DNA from: Tubulanus polymorphus
Lineage: Eukaryota > Animalia > Nemertea
Reading direction: 5' to 3'
Assembly (NCBI RefSeq): GCF_964204645.1
Contig: NC_134025.1
Location: forward strand, 930,001-994,000
DNA length: 64,000 bases
The notes below the pieces were generated by a model. The model was given only the letters and a program-made list of their open reading frames with translations, did not search any database and had not been told where the DNA came from. The position numbers were made by a program, and so were the translations under genes. Below are positions 13,439-25,002 of the stretch, piece after piece (position 1 is the stretch's first letter; every line of letters starts with the position of its first letter).

Positions 13439-13605
13439 CACAGGGGCTCGTTACGATAGCTGGGGGTCCAAAATCAAAGATTTGACCCAGTATCCTAGGT
13501 ACCACCTATAAAAAAAGAACTTTTTTCTTTTTTTATAGGTGGTACCTAGGATACTGGGTCAAATCTTTGATTTTGGACCCCCAGCTATCGTGACGAGCCC
13601 CTGTG
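13439..13605. mobile_element. Near-perfect palindromic MITE with 8-bp TSD (P/hAT-type signature)
   Basis: ~80-bp arms with 1 mismatch and termini CACAGGGG...CCCCTGTG. TSD gcctgacc at 13431-13438 and 13606-13613. Confidence 0.9.
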
Positions 13606-13786
13606 GCCTGACCGTAGAAAAGTGTAATAGGCCTAGATTCGACTTATTTAGTCTGGATTAAAGGCAAAGCACACGACTTCAACAGCAGCAGAAGCTGAAA
13701 ATAAACTGCAACGAAAGACGAATTAGTAATTTTTACACTTTTATTTTAAGAACTGTTTTAAGACGATTTGTGTTAAAAGTCAAGAA

Positions 13787-16700
13787 ATGGCAGCAGCAGA
13801 GTCCGGCTCAACCGCTGGAAAAATCATCGAATTATTGTGTAGCAGTGCAAAAATAGAACGAGACCGTGGAGTGAATCAGTTAGAAAAATATCTCCATGAC
13901 AACACAACAATAGCAGCAGCTGCAACAGTGGACGATCGGGAAACTACTGTCGTTGGAGAGTTTGAACGTGTATTATTGACTGTTCTCTCCACGGGTCGTT
14001 CTGACCCCTCAACGACCTCGGGGAATGACTCCGCCTCGGCCGCGGGGAATGACTCCTGCTCGACCACGGGGAATGACTCCTGCTCTAACTGGGAGTCATA
14101 TCATGGTTGTTTATTAGCGTCTAATCTACTGATATTAAACAGTCGTTGTTCTGATGACTTCATTGAGAAATTTCAACACCACGCGATTAGATTATTAGAA
14201 CACAATGAGTCTCGAGTTCGATTAACAGCAGGTACGTGAGCAATCCAACCTGGAGCAATCCAACCTGGAGCAATCCAACCTGGAGCACTCCAACCTGGAG
14301 CAATCCAACCTGAAGGAATCCAACCTGGAGCAATCCCGCCTGGAGCACTCAAACCTATTTTAGAATGGTTTGAGTGTCTCACTCCAACCTCAAACCACTT
14401 CAGGTCAAGGTGCTCCAAGTCAGAGAGTCCATGGAGTCTCTTGGAGCACTGACCTGAAGTGGTTTGAGCATCTCACTCCAACCTTCAAACCTAGAGCAAT
14501 CTAACCCACTCACGGGATCAGAGCAGTTTTCACGTCTCAATCCGAACAGGAGCAATTTTCAGTAGTTATTATTGATTGTAGGAGAATCATTGAAGACTCT
14601 GTGTATGAAACTGGGAACCAGCGTTTACGTGAAACATCGTTCGACTATCCTTAATGGTGTTAGGAATAATTTAGAACGACAAGCTTTAAAAGATCAAGAA
14701 ATATCAGACAAATTGGTGGAAAAATTAGCATCCGATTCAGAAGAAAATGATTTGGTTCCAGTAAGTATAAAAATACACAACATTTTGGAACTGGGTTCAG
14801 TGTGGAACGTTCAGAACTGTAGTACTGGCTCCTGATGTGTAGAACTGGCTCCTGATCTGTAGAACTGGTTCCTGATCTGTAGAACTGGCTCCTGATCTGT
14901 AGAACTGGCTCCTGATCTGTAGAACTGGCTCCTGATCTGTAGAACTGGCTCCTGATCTGTGGAACTGGTTCCTGATCTGTAGACATGGCTCCTGATCTGT
15001 GGAACTGGCTCCTGATCTGTAGAACTGGCTCCTGATCTGTGGAACTGGCTCCTGATCTGTAGAACTGGTTCCTGATCTGTAGAACTGGTTCCTGATCTGT
15101 GGAACTGGTTCCTGATCTGTGGAACTGGCCCCTGATCTGTGGAACTGGCCCCTGATCTGTGGAATTGGCTCCTGATCTGTAGAACTGGTTCCTGATCTGT
15201 AGAACTGGTTCCTGATCTGTAGAACTGGCTCCTGATCTGTGGAACTGGCTTCTGATCTGTAGAACTGGTTCCTGATCTGTAGAACTGGCTCCTGATCTGT
15301 GGAACTGGCTCCTGATCTGTAGAACTGGTTCCTGATCTGTAGAACTGGTTCCTGATCTGTGGAACTGGTTCCTGATCTGTGGAACTGGTTCCTGATCTGT
15401 AGAACTGGTTCCTGATCTGTAGAACTGGTTCCTGATCTGTGGAACTGGCTCCTGATCTGTGGAACTGGCTCCTGATCTGTAGAACTGGTTCCTGATCTGT
15501 AGAACTGGTTCCTGATCTGTGGAACTGGTTCCTGATCTGTAGAACTGGCTCCTGATCTGTAGAACTGGCTCCTGAATTGTATTTAATGATGCTATGTTAT
15601 TTATTTATAGAAAGATGCAGCTCAGATATTTCATGATACAGCTGGTTGGAAGTGTCTGGAAACATGGATGAAGTAAGAGACAGATTTCACTCTCAATCTA
15701 ATATCCATCTTCAATAGCTATTTTATACTGTGTTCTATATTTCAGATGTTTACAGTTAGTAGTTGAAGGATGTGGACAACAATTTAACAGTTTTATAGAT
15801 CAAGATCTAGTTGATTTAATATTTCAAGCATTAGAACATACAAATCGATTTGTAAGAGAGACAGGATATCAAGTGTGCGGAGCTATTGTAAATGTCGCTG
15901 CTCAAACTGAGGGTATTCATTCCCGGAATTCCACACCGATATTTGTCAGTTTTTATCAAGTTGAGTTTTTTATTGTAATTGTGTTAATTACAGATGGTAA
16001 ACCTGTATTAACGACTGGTAACGCTGTTTTATTCCACGGTGATCAATTCGCTCGTATGTTAGCCGTCGGTCTCGCCGATAATTGGAGTCAGGTAGGTTTA
16101 TTTTATTTCCAAAATTTTTTTGATACTTTTAAAGAATTTTTCTGAAAATTGTTATTTGTGTTTAAGCTTGAGTTTGTCTTTCATACGACGGTGTATTATC
16201 AAAATTACGCTACGATTTTTATCCCTTTCATAAAAATTTGCTGTTTAATATTTTATAATTTATGATTGATTTTAATGAATAGGTGAGACTTGCAGCATCT
16301 GTAGCTACGAGGAAGTTTTTACACAGTATGCCCGATGAAGCAGCTAAAGAGAAGTTTTATGCTTTACTTATTCCGCGAATGTGTCTCAATAGGTAAATTT
16401 ACCATTCCACTAATAACAGATCAGTTAACCCTTTCAGTGCGTCTTCACCGCAGTGCGTTGTACGAATCAGTGATGGATTTTGCTAGTACACCGCAGTGGT
16501 GTATTGATGTAGTTAATAATTAGTAATTATCTCTCTTGTAAAATGGTAGCACCTGTCAAACATAGTGAAATATTAGTAACTAACGATACAATGCACCTTG
16601 GTGTAGACGCACTATAGTGGTATTCCCTTTATTCAACACACTAGGGTGGAATTTTTAAAAATTTTTGATTAGTCAGCACGGAATTGATTAGTCAGCACGG

Positions 16701-19700
16701 AAAGGGTTAAAGCAGAGGGATGATATTGTTGTTATATTTTGATGTAGATATTACGTTGCTGAAGGTGTGAGGTTGTACTCGCAGGAGACATGGCGTCAGT
16801 GCACCGCCGGAGCTGGTAAACAACTAGTAGAAACACATATCAAACATGTGGTAAGTTCAGTCAATTAAGACATTCTGGTTTCTATCTACCTGTCTGTTTA
16901 AAATAAAGAAATAACCCACAATACAACCAACTACCGGTACCTAGAGAGTAGTGACATTCCGACTTTATTAGTGCTGAAAATGGCTCATAGAATTGAGGCG
17001 TAATTTCACTACTCTTTAAGAAAATGGCCGAAACGTCTCTGCTCTCTTAGTATTTCTTCATAATCGCAGGTTTTATTTTCAATTCTATTTCACATTTGAG
17101 TAGTTTGAATTGTGTGTATTTTCAGGTGGATTTTTATATCAGTCAAACTGAAGCTGATAATCATGCGGTAAGAGAAGCTGCTTGTGCTTGTATCGCTGAG
17201 TTAGGAACAAAGGTATGAGAAACACTCTCTCTGTTTTTAACTAAGGGATCATTCACTTATTACGTACGCATTAGGGGAGGGGGAGGGGTCAGTGCAGTTG
17301 TGTACTGTAATGCTTAATGTACTTATATGAAAAAATGGCCGATTTTGCGTTCAGAGGGGGAGGGGGGTTGAAAAATTCAAATTTCATGCGTACATAATAA
17401 ATGAATAATCCCTTACCACCAGTTGAAGATGATGATATTAAACGAGGATATTGTTATTATTTATAGATCAGTCATGATGCTGTAAAACCGTACGTTTCTC
17501 GACTACTGGATGCTTTACTTGTGTGTTTTAAAGATGACAGCTGGCCTGTCAGGGATGGTAAGTAATAGATTGTGGTTTAGAAGAAAAGGAAGGGAATTTC
17601 TCACCTGAAGCAGCCTGTATTGGGTACCTCCTAAATTCGCCCCTTCAGGCCCTTAATGGAGAAAGGAAGGAAATGATATTTTGCTTGCCCCCTCCAAAAG
17701 CTACTTGCCCTACACGGGCAGTCCGATTGGTGGCACTATCATCTGTTGTATCGACTGGGAAAAAAGCTTTGTGACATGAAATTGCACTAGCCCGGAGGAC
17801 AAGTGATTATGATAACCTACTTGCCCTGATGAGAATATACTTGGACCGGGCAATCAGACAAGTGCTTAGATCGGACCCTGCCTTAGTTCTTATAATTGTG
17901 TATTTAGTGTATAGCTGAAAATGAACACAATTTTCAGTACTTACGACACTGAAGAGTTTTTACTGCGATGAATTATCGTTGTTTATTTACTGTAATTGAT
18001 TATAATTTCAGCATCTTGCGTCGCGTGTGGTAATTTTATACTTTGTTTCCCTGCCGAGTCTAAACATATGATGTCCAGTTTATACCCGCTATTCTTCGAG
18101 AATCTACAAGATAATATTCCGTCTGTCCGCCAGGGGGCAGCAGTAGCACTGACGAATGTATGCAAGGCTTACGGTAATTTCTCTCTCTCATCTCTCCTCT
18201 ATCAATTCTGAATGAACCCTGTAATTAGATCTAGACACTGATGTGTGTTACAGGTCACGAAGCAATCACTGTTGTAATCGCTAAGGTTAAAGAAGGATTA
18301 GAAGGTATTGAGAAACAAGCTCCCGATTCGGAGAAATATTCTAGTTTAGAGAAAGGACCTGCTGTTTATGGTGTTGTGAAGAAAGCGCGTGATAATGATA
18401 TGGATTTACATTCTAATATGCCCGTAAGTCATAGATTCTTATATCAAATCAAATCATCTTACGGAAATGCTTGCAATGAGAACCAAATCAACTGCACCAG
18501 TATTCGCTTACTGCCTTTGATAATTCCACAAGATCAGAGGCAAGTGTAGTGCAGGCAGTCTATTGTAGATGAGAGACAAGCAGGTAGTCTACTGTAGATC
18601 AGTGATAAGTGCTGAATCTACTGTAGGTCAGTGATAAGTGCTGAGTCTACAGTAGATCAGTGATAACCACACAGTCTACTGTAGATGAGAGACAAGCACA
18701 CACAGTCTACAGTAGATCAGTGATAACCACACAGTCTACTGTAGATGAGAGACAAGCACACACAGTCTACAGTAGATCAGTGATAACCACACAGTCTACT
18801 GTAGATGAGAGATAAGCACACACAGTCTACTGTAGATCAGTGATAACCACACAGTCTACTGTAGATGAGAGATAAGCACACACAGTCTACTGTAGATCAG
18901 TGATAACCACACAGTCTACAGTAGATCAGTCTATCTGTATTTATAGATGTATTCGTGTGGTTCATTGGCACCGAAAATGGGTCGAGGAAAGCGAGGAGGT
19001 GGTTGTATGGATCATCAGTTCCGTCGTCCAGCTCAACCGTGGGAGTTAGCTGATGGGTATCTATTATCTATCTATCATTATTAGTTATACAGCAGACTCT
19101 GCTTCAGTCAACCGTTAGTGATAACCATTTAACTTGAAGATAATATCCAAATTCAATTTTCTAAGATCAATCATAAGCAGAGCGGAGTCTACTGTAGGTT
19201 TGTGTGGAACTAATTTGTTCAGAATTTGAAAATTTTTTGTTTTTGTAGATGTGTAAATTTAGTCGCTGAATTGAGTCAGATTCAATCTGAAACTCAGAAG
19301 GTCGCACTATTACTCCCTCTGGTGGCGAAGGCTGCTAATATTCACAATTACGCCAATCACGTCAATTTCCTTGAAACGATTTGTAAATCAGTGAGTGTGT
19401 TCAAACTATTCAACATTCAAATTCATTTATAATCAACTGTGTAAGCATTAATTGTGTTTATTTCTAGTTGCCAACTGTTGCTAAAGGAATTGGAAAACGT
19501 TTCTTCAAACCAAATCTGGAAGCATTTTTTGATGCGATATTTTACAGTTTGGTAAGTGTGTGCAGGTGTGCAGGGAGGTGTATCCCTGGGGGGGGGGTGT
19601 GCAGGGAGGTGTCTCCCTGGAGGATGTGCAGGTGTGCAGGGAGGTGTATCCCTGGTGTGCGCAAGCCCTGAATGTATTCACAATCCCTATACAGTAAACC

Positions 19701-20106
19701 TCTCCTAAAATTCGACCACTTGCAAAATTAGCCCGAGACAAGGATTAGAAAGATCAGACAAAATCAGAAAATGATTTCGTTTTTGTTGCATTTAGTAAAA
19801 AATCTCAGTTAGGCTTGAGGTTTTCTAATTGAAATCTGATGCAGATGATTAACGGTTGTATTTCTATTGTAGTCATGCGATAATGCTTTAACGTCTAGTT
19901 CAGCCAGTCAATGTTTGAATCAGTTGAGTAGTTACCTCGGTCCGAACATTCTCCGTGGAAGAGTTGAACAATACAATCCTAAGTAAGTCTAATTATCTAG
20001 CGTGGTTATATAACTGTTGATCATCAATTACAACTAGAATATGTTGTTTTCTGTTGACAGGTATTTACAGCCGTTAGATGCTAATCAGTATATAGCAGCA
20101 TTGTGA
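13787..20106 (+). CDS. HEAT/ARM-repeat protein, ~721 aa, 16 exons
   Basis: Exons 13787-14231, 14582-14760, 15611-15672, 15746-15912, 15994-16091, 16283-16392, 16748-16850, 17126-17212, 17467-17557, 18012-18173, 18254-18423, 18947-19056, 19249-19390, 19468-19551, 19873-19982, 20061-20106. All introns are GT-AG with consistent phases (2166 nt). Repeated HEAT signatures: ESRVRLTAG, TNRFVRETG, NWSQVRLAAS, NHAVREAAC, DSWPVRDASC, NIPSVRQGAA. Confidence 0.9.
14238..14352. repeat. Intronic minisatellite, 15 bp (tggagcaatccaacc)
   Basis: About 7 copies just after the exon 1 donor. Confidence 0.9.
14787..15575. repeat. Intronic minisatellite, 20 bp (ctgatctgtagaactggctc), ~38 copies
   Basis: Homogeneous tandem array filling intron 2 of the HEAT gene. 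Confidence 0.97.
16429..16706. mobile_element. Non-autonomous piggyBac-type element
   Basis: TTAA|CCCTTTCAGTGC...GCACGGAAAGGG|TTAA: TTAA TSD and CCC/GGG TIRs. Confidence 0.85.
17245..17412. mobile_element. PIF/Harbinger-type MITE
   Basis: taa|gggatcattcacttattacgtacgca...tgcgtacataataaatgaataatccc|tta: ~26-bp TIRs with TWA flanks. Confidence 0.8.
18560..18930. repeat. Intronic compound minisatellite (acacagtctac(t/a)gtagat...)
   Basis: Alternating ~29 and ~31 bp sub-units giving a ~60 bp period. Confidence 0.88.
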
Positions 20107-20550
20107 AAGAGATGATTAATCCCTAGATCGTTGTGAGAGAATTGACTAGCTCTCCCCCGTACATGAAACATGATTCTTTGAGATACTTGAATTTTATTGA
20201 AAACAGTTTTAAAACAGTAACGAAAAATGATAATAATGTATCGATTTATTGTATTAATGAAACGAATAAAAACTGATCTTGCTCTTTGATTCACATTCAA
20301 TGTTGATTTCTGTCCACAGTTTGTGTTCACTGTAATTGAAGTTAATTGTGATATTAAAATGAATTTCATTGAAATGGTTTTTACTTATTTTTAATTTCTG
20401 GGCGATTCATCCAAAGATGTCACATTAGTGGACGGTTTAGCACTTCAGAGTGAACCGTTGGGTATGTTGGGATAGAGCAATGAATACAGGAGTTGAGACA
20501 CTATCGCAGAAGATTGTCCTGACTGGTCGGGTGGGCCTTATTAGGATATG

Positions 20551-20652
20551 TGCGCCATCTATTGGAATTATGCTGGACTATTAGATATCTGAAATTCACG
20601 ACAGTTTTTCATCGATTTCAATGAGCCACATTCCATATTCGCCATCTATCGG
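20551..20652 (-). promoter_or_regulatory. Pair of CTCF-like motifs between convergent genes
   Basis: tgcgccatctattgg (20551) and cgccatctatcgg (20640). Confidence 0.45.
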
Positions 20653-21045
20653 GAAGTCGTTATTGGCGAGCAATGAATGGGTGGGTTATTCAGTGGTGTA
20701 CCAGAACACCCGGATGGGTTATTCAGTGGTGTACCAGAACACCGTATCCCGGGATAGAGTTCTGGGGTCTCCACCAAAACAGTGAGTTAGATAATAAACA
20801 ACAAGCCTAGGAGAATCACCGTGTAATTTATTAGTTTAAACTATAGTTATCATAATATATATTGCTAAACAGAATGGAGTGATTTGAGATATTTGATGCT
20901 TCTCTGCACAACCTACAATTAGAAACCAAATCAAATGTCATGAAAAACACAAAATTCTTCACGACAAATATCACATGACGGTTACGGCACCTGATTTTTC
21001 ATGTGGATTTCCGGGTTTATCTAAAACGAATAAACGAAGATCGAA

Positions 21046-24000
21046 TTATTCATCAGAACCTTTAAAATAAAATAAAAAAAAACAATATTTACATTGATAT
21101 AAACTTACAGTTGAAACTGGGATCATCCCAATCATCATCAACGTCATCTATCGGAGATTCTTCGTCCCATGTATTTACACTGACGTCCAAATCATTGTTC
21201 CATTCGTCACCATTTCCACCAGGATTATTCTCTCCATCCCATCCACCTTTATTTCCACCCCATCCACCATCACCTCCACCGCCCCAGTTTCCACCATCAC
21301 CCCTGCTAGACTGGCGATGATTACTTTGTCCTTGGTTCAAAACATTTTCATTGAATATCTCTTCTTCTGGACCTTCAAATATAACATGAATCGCGTGTTG
21401 TGAACGATGATATAAAATTCCTCACTATAAGGATAGAATATAGAATCTGAACTGTTTCCTTGAGCTAATTATAGTTTATTCAACGTTTTGACTATTTCCT
21501 CTTAGCTTCAGGAATATGAAACGTTGAATAAGATATTCATCTCAATGAAATATTTCGTATTCTATTATTCCCTTAGTGACGGATTTTATATCCTATAAAT
21601 TTCGAAAATTGTTCTGAATGTTCGAACTCTAGATAGATTCTTACAATGAGCAGGAATTCCTCTACATCTTCTCGTTCTGTGGTTTATACCGGAACATTGA
21701 TTCGCCATTGAACACTTTCTGTACGCTGTTTCACGTCCTTCCGTCCCACAGGTCTGCGTACACGCGCCATACGGACCCCACGAGTTCCACGTCGGTCTAC
21801 CACCAGCCCCTTCAAATCAAACAATTATATGAAATATCTATACGTTACCGGAACCAGTTCACTCTCGAAAAACTGTTGAATTTTAAACAATTGATTATTA
21901 TTTATTTAAAGGCGAAGAACCCAACCAGTTTAGTTTTGGAGAAGCTGATATCAGCTTAATCTGGAGGAAGCCAGAAATCTGTAGAGCTGCTAATTCCCCT
22001 GATTCGCTGGTAATTTCTGATGATATTGGTTATTCATTTAGATGAACCAGTGGATTAGCGTAACCAGACTCTATTAAGTCAATGGCTTAACCAACTGGCC
22101 CGTCGAGATTAAGTTAATCTACGCAACAAAACCGACTTACTATTTTCGCAGTGTTTTCCAGCCCAACCATCCCTACAAACACAGTTATAACTTCCGTCTG
22201 TATTCACACATTTAGATCCACGTAAGCATGGTTTAGTCGTGTTGCATTCATCTATATCCAAACAAAATGGATTCTCAACTAAACAAAGATAAAATTGTAA
22301 TTTAATGTCATATCAAGCATTATCTATTCCGAAAAAAAAGAAACTGAAGAGGTATCTTGGCATAAACAAAACAAAAATCATTAAGTAGACCAGGGTTCGA
22401 ACTTGGGACCTGCAGTTATTCAGTCAAACGTCCTAACCACACGACCACTGAGCTGTTGTTTCAAAGTTTTCTGGTCAGTGGTATGACCATTGTGCCGTAG
22501 TGACCAGTCAGGTGTGGTGACTGGTGACCAATCAGGTGTGGTGACTGGTGACCAATTAGATGTGGTGACTGGTTGTCAATCACTCGTTAACTATACACGC
22601 TCTATCATTCTCTGATTACAAGAGTTCCTTCGGATGAGAGTCTAAATTCTTGCGAAATTCGAATCATTCAATTTCGAAACAATATTATAATAAATTTCAT
22701 GGATTTCATAAACAAAAAGTTCACAAGCTCGTTTATAACTAGAATAATTGTTTTAACTGTTTATACAGGATCTCATAAACATCACAATTATTTACCTGCA
22801 TATCTTTCGAAACCTTTTTTCTCTTTACAAAGACAAGTGTAACCCAGTAACCAATTCGATGGGTCTCTTTTACAGTTGAATCGACCGCATACGGTATGAC
22901 CGCGACATGCGTCTCGTGGTAACTGACAAGAATGTCCTTCATAAGCCGGAGGACATTTACATTTGTATCGTTCCGAATTATCAACGTTCTGGAATAAAAC
23001 AATACAAATATAAATAGTTACAGTACTTTAATTTATAATTTCTATATAAGAGGGATAGAATATTTCCTACCTGACAGGTCCCTCCATTTCTGCACGGATT
23101 TTCACCTGAGATCCTCATCTTGCAGTCGTCACGAACTGTTGAAAAATAGTTTATATTAGATTTCAAGTACCGGTAAGTTATTGCCAGCCTTTTGAGGTTT
23201 GTTTTTTGGAAAGACCGCAAATCTTCAGTTAGTGAAAATTCCTAGAGCCAGTTTCTAGTGTAGTTGTTGAAAAAAATTAAGATTCTCTAATTAGGGGTCT
23301 ATTTGTTATCATTCGGTTGATGCAAAATCACAAAAACTGAAATTGAAGTCATAGAGCCACGTACGAAACCAGGTAAATGTTCTTGAGCCACATTTACACA
23401 GTCCTGCAGTGTGGCTGTCTCCACAGTGATAGCGTTGCTCTACGACCCTAGTGTACCCACAGTGGTACATCAGACACTAAGGTTCTTGCTGAAGAGCCAC
23501 TGGGGTCCAGTTTTACAATTCTCAGTTAGAGATTCAAGTTTAACCTTCACCCAGTGCTAAAAGTGTTTGTATCCACGCTCAACACGATCTAATACATTGA
23601 CGCTTTAACCCAGATTGTGAAACTGCCGGGGCTATAATTTACCGTCAATGCATTTCGTCTGATTTATATCCCAAGCGAAACCATCTACGCAGATACACTC
23701 ATATCGGTTCTGGAAAATATTCTCAAATGTAGCTTTTGCCTCTTTATTCATATCAACTTTGATACTGGGATCATAAACAGATCGACACATCCCGGGGACA
23801 GTGTTCGGTTCATTCTGGCAGATTCCGTCTTCATTACACGGATCAGGACAATTTCTGTACGGCTGCACGTTTCTCACACATTGGGCATATCGCCAATAGA
23901 TAGACTAGAAAAAAAAAGAAATGAACAAACAATACGACCCCGCAGTTCAGATGAAACTTGCGAATGACTAATATTTCTAAATAAGTCACAATCAATTTTC

Positions 24001-25002
24001 ATCGACATTATTTTGACTCAGTTGCTTACGAAGAAGTCGCTATCATGATTATATTCATCGGCAATTTGTGGTTGCATTTTCACTTCCCATAAATACATGT
24101 ATATCCACTCGCCTTTACCGGCCCCCGCGTTTATGATTTTATTCTGGAATTCTCCATTATTTGGCATGTAGGAAAATCTAAAATTGTCGGGTTTCTTGTA
24201 CCATGCTCCTGCGTTTGATAAACATGTAATGTCTATTTCAACCTGACTTGAGAGCATTCCTGGTGGCCTAGCTCAGTCAGTTTTAGTAGTACACACCTGA
24301 TAAAAGTCTTATTAGGACCAGAAAGGACAGGCAGTCGACCATGTACTACCAAAAATTAGCGAGCTAGGCCACCCGGAATGCTCTCAAGTCAGGTTGAAAT
24401 AGAAATTAGCCTATGTTACAATATAAATGATATGAAATGTTTCATATCATTTGATTTGATGAAAGAAACGATCAATGTCAGATTATCAGAAAGTATATTA
24501 CTAGGCTTATAGACAAAACAATTTTGATCATGAAACCTCGATATATGAATAATTGTTCACCTGGATATCTTCGAATTTCACGAAGTTCTTTAAACTTGTA
24601 ATTATCAAACCATCCAACTCCCGCAGGTCCCCGTATCCAATTCCACGGTCGATAGAATACCTCATTAGGCCCGAGTTCTCGATTCGTCGAACTTTTATCA
24701 ATTGCGCCTCGACGAACTCGCGGCAAGAGACCGTTCTTATTCGAGGCAAGGAAATCAAGCGCTCTGAAGGGAAATATCATCAAAGACCAATATTATCAAC
24801 GATCAATCAGGAAAGCTCACTAATATTTCACGAATAAAACTAACATCCTAAATAGACCCTGAACTTACGCCCGTTTCTCTAAGAACACTTGCTTGCTTGG
24901 AAAGCCTTCCTTGTCAGAAATGGCTCGACCTACTGTGAACAAAAGTAGCAATAGAAATATAACCAAATTTTCCGACATTTTTGGTAGAAATTCAACCATC
25001 AT
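21046..25002 (-). CDS. Secreted EGF/cbEGF/TSP1 protein with propeptide and Gly/Trp/Asp-rich tail, ~538 aa, 10 exons
   Basis: Exons 25002-24869, 24763-24561, 24208-24030, 23904-23643, 23135-23071, 22988-22796, 22278-22141, 21809-21645, 21372-21109, 21059-21046; phases are consistent. Signal peptide [15 protein letters not shown], furin site RVRR, EGF (PCRNGGTCQ...[14 protein letters not shown]), cbEGF (DIDEC...[12 protein letters not shown]), TSP1 ([15 protein letters not shown]...R). The last micro-exon follows a 49-nt intron and is uncertain; the alternative stop is at 21089. Confidence 0.88.
21411..21590. mobile_element. Degenerate inverted-repeat element in an intron
   Basis: Arms tataaaattcctcacta/tagtgacggattttata and ttattcaacgttt/aaacgttgaataa. 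Confidence 0.55.
22330..22622 (-). mobile_element. Repeat with internal tRNA-like (A/B box) segment, SINE-like
   Basis: Minus strand cagctcagtggtcgtgtggttagg...caagttcgaaccctggg followed by a T-rich run. A related copy lies at ~56278-56560 (+). Confidence 0.6.
23500..23632. mobile_element. Short palindromic MITE (GGGNCCAGTTT family)
   Basis: ggggtccagttttacaat...attgtgaaactgccggg. Confidence 0.55.
24226..24408. mobile_element. Inverted-repeat MITE in intron 2 of the EGF/TSP1 gene
   Basis: ~45-55 bp arms tctatttcaacctgacttgagagcattcctggtggcctagctc / gagctaggccacccggaatgctctcaagtcaggttgaaataga, TA-flanked. Confidence 0.85.

Noticed and set aside
1790-15575. CRISPR-like appearance of the regular repeat arrays
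   Set aside because: Units are head-to-tail with no unique spacers, there are no cas genes, and the context is eukaryotic.
17780-17800. miR-92-like string aattgcactagcccgg
   Set aside because: The 3' half is imperfect, there is no precursor stem, and it lies in a probable degenerate transposon remnant (17646-17880).
22388-22455. Possible tRNA gene (also 56432-56505 and 56178-56210)
   Set aside because: A and B boxes are present, but I cannot form a proper acceptor stem or cloverleaf. Treated as a tRNA-derived repeat.
24209-24257. N-terminus of ORF 24018-24257 ([13 protein letters not shown])
   Set aside because: It comes from the MITE arm and intron. The phase-compatible acceptor is at 24208.
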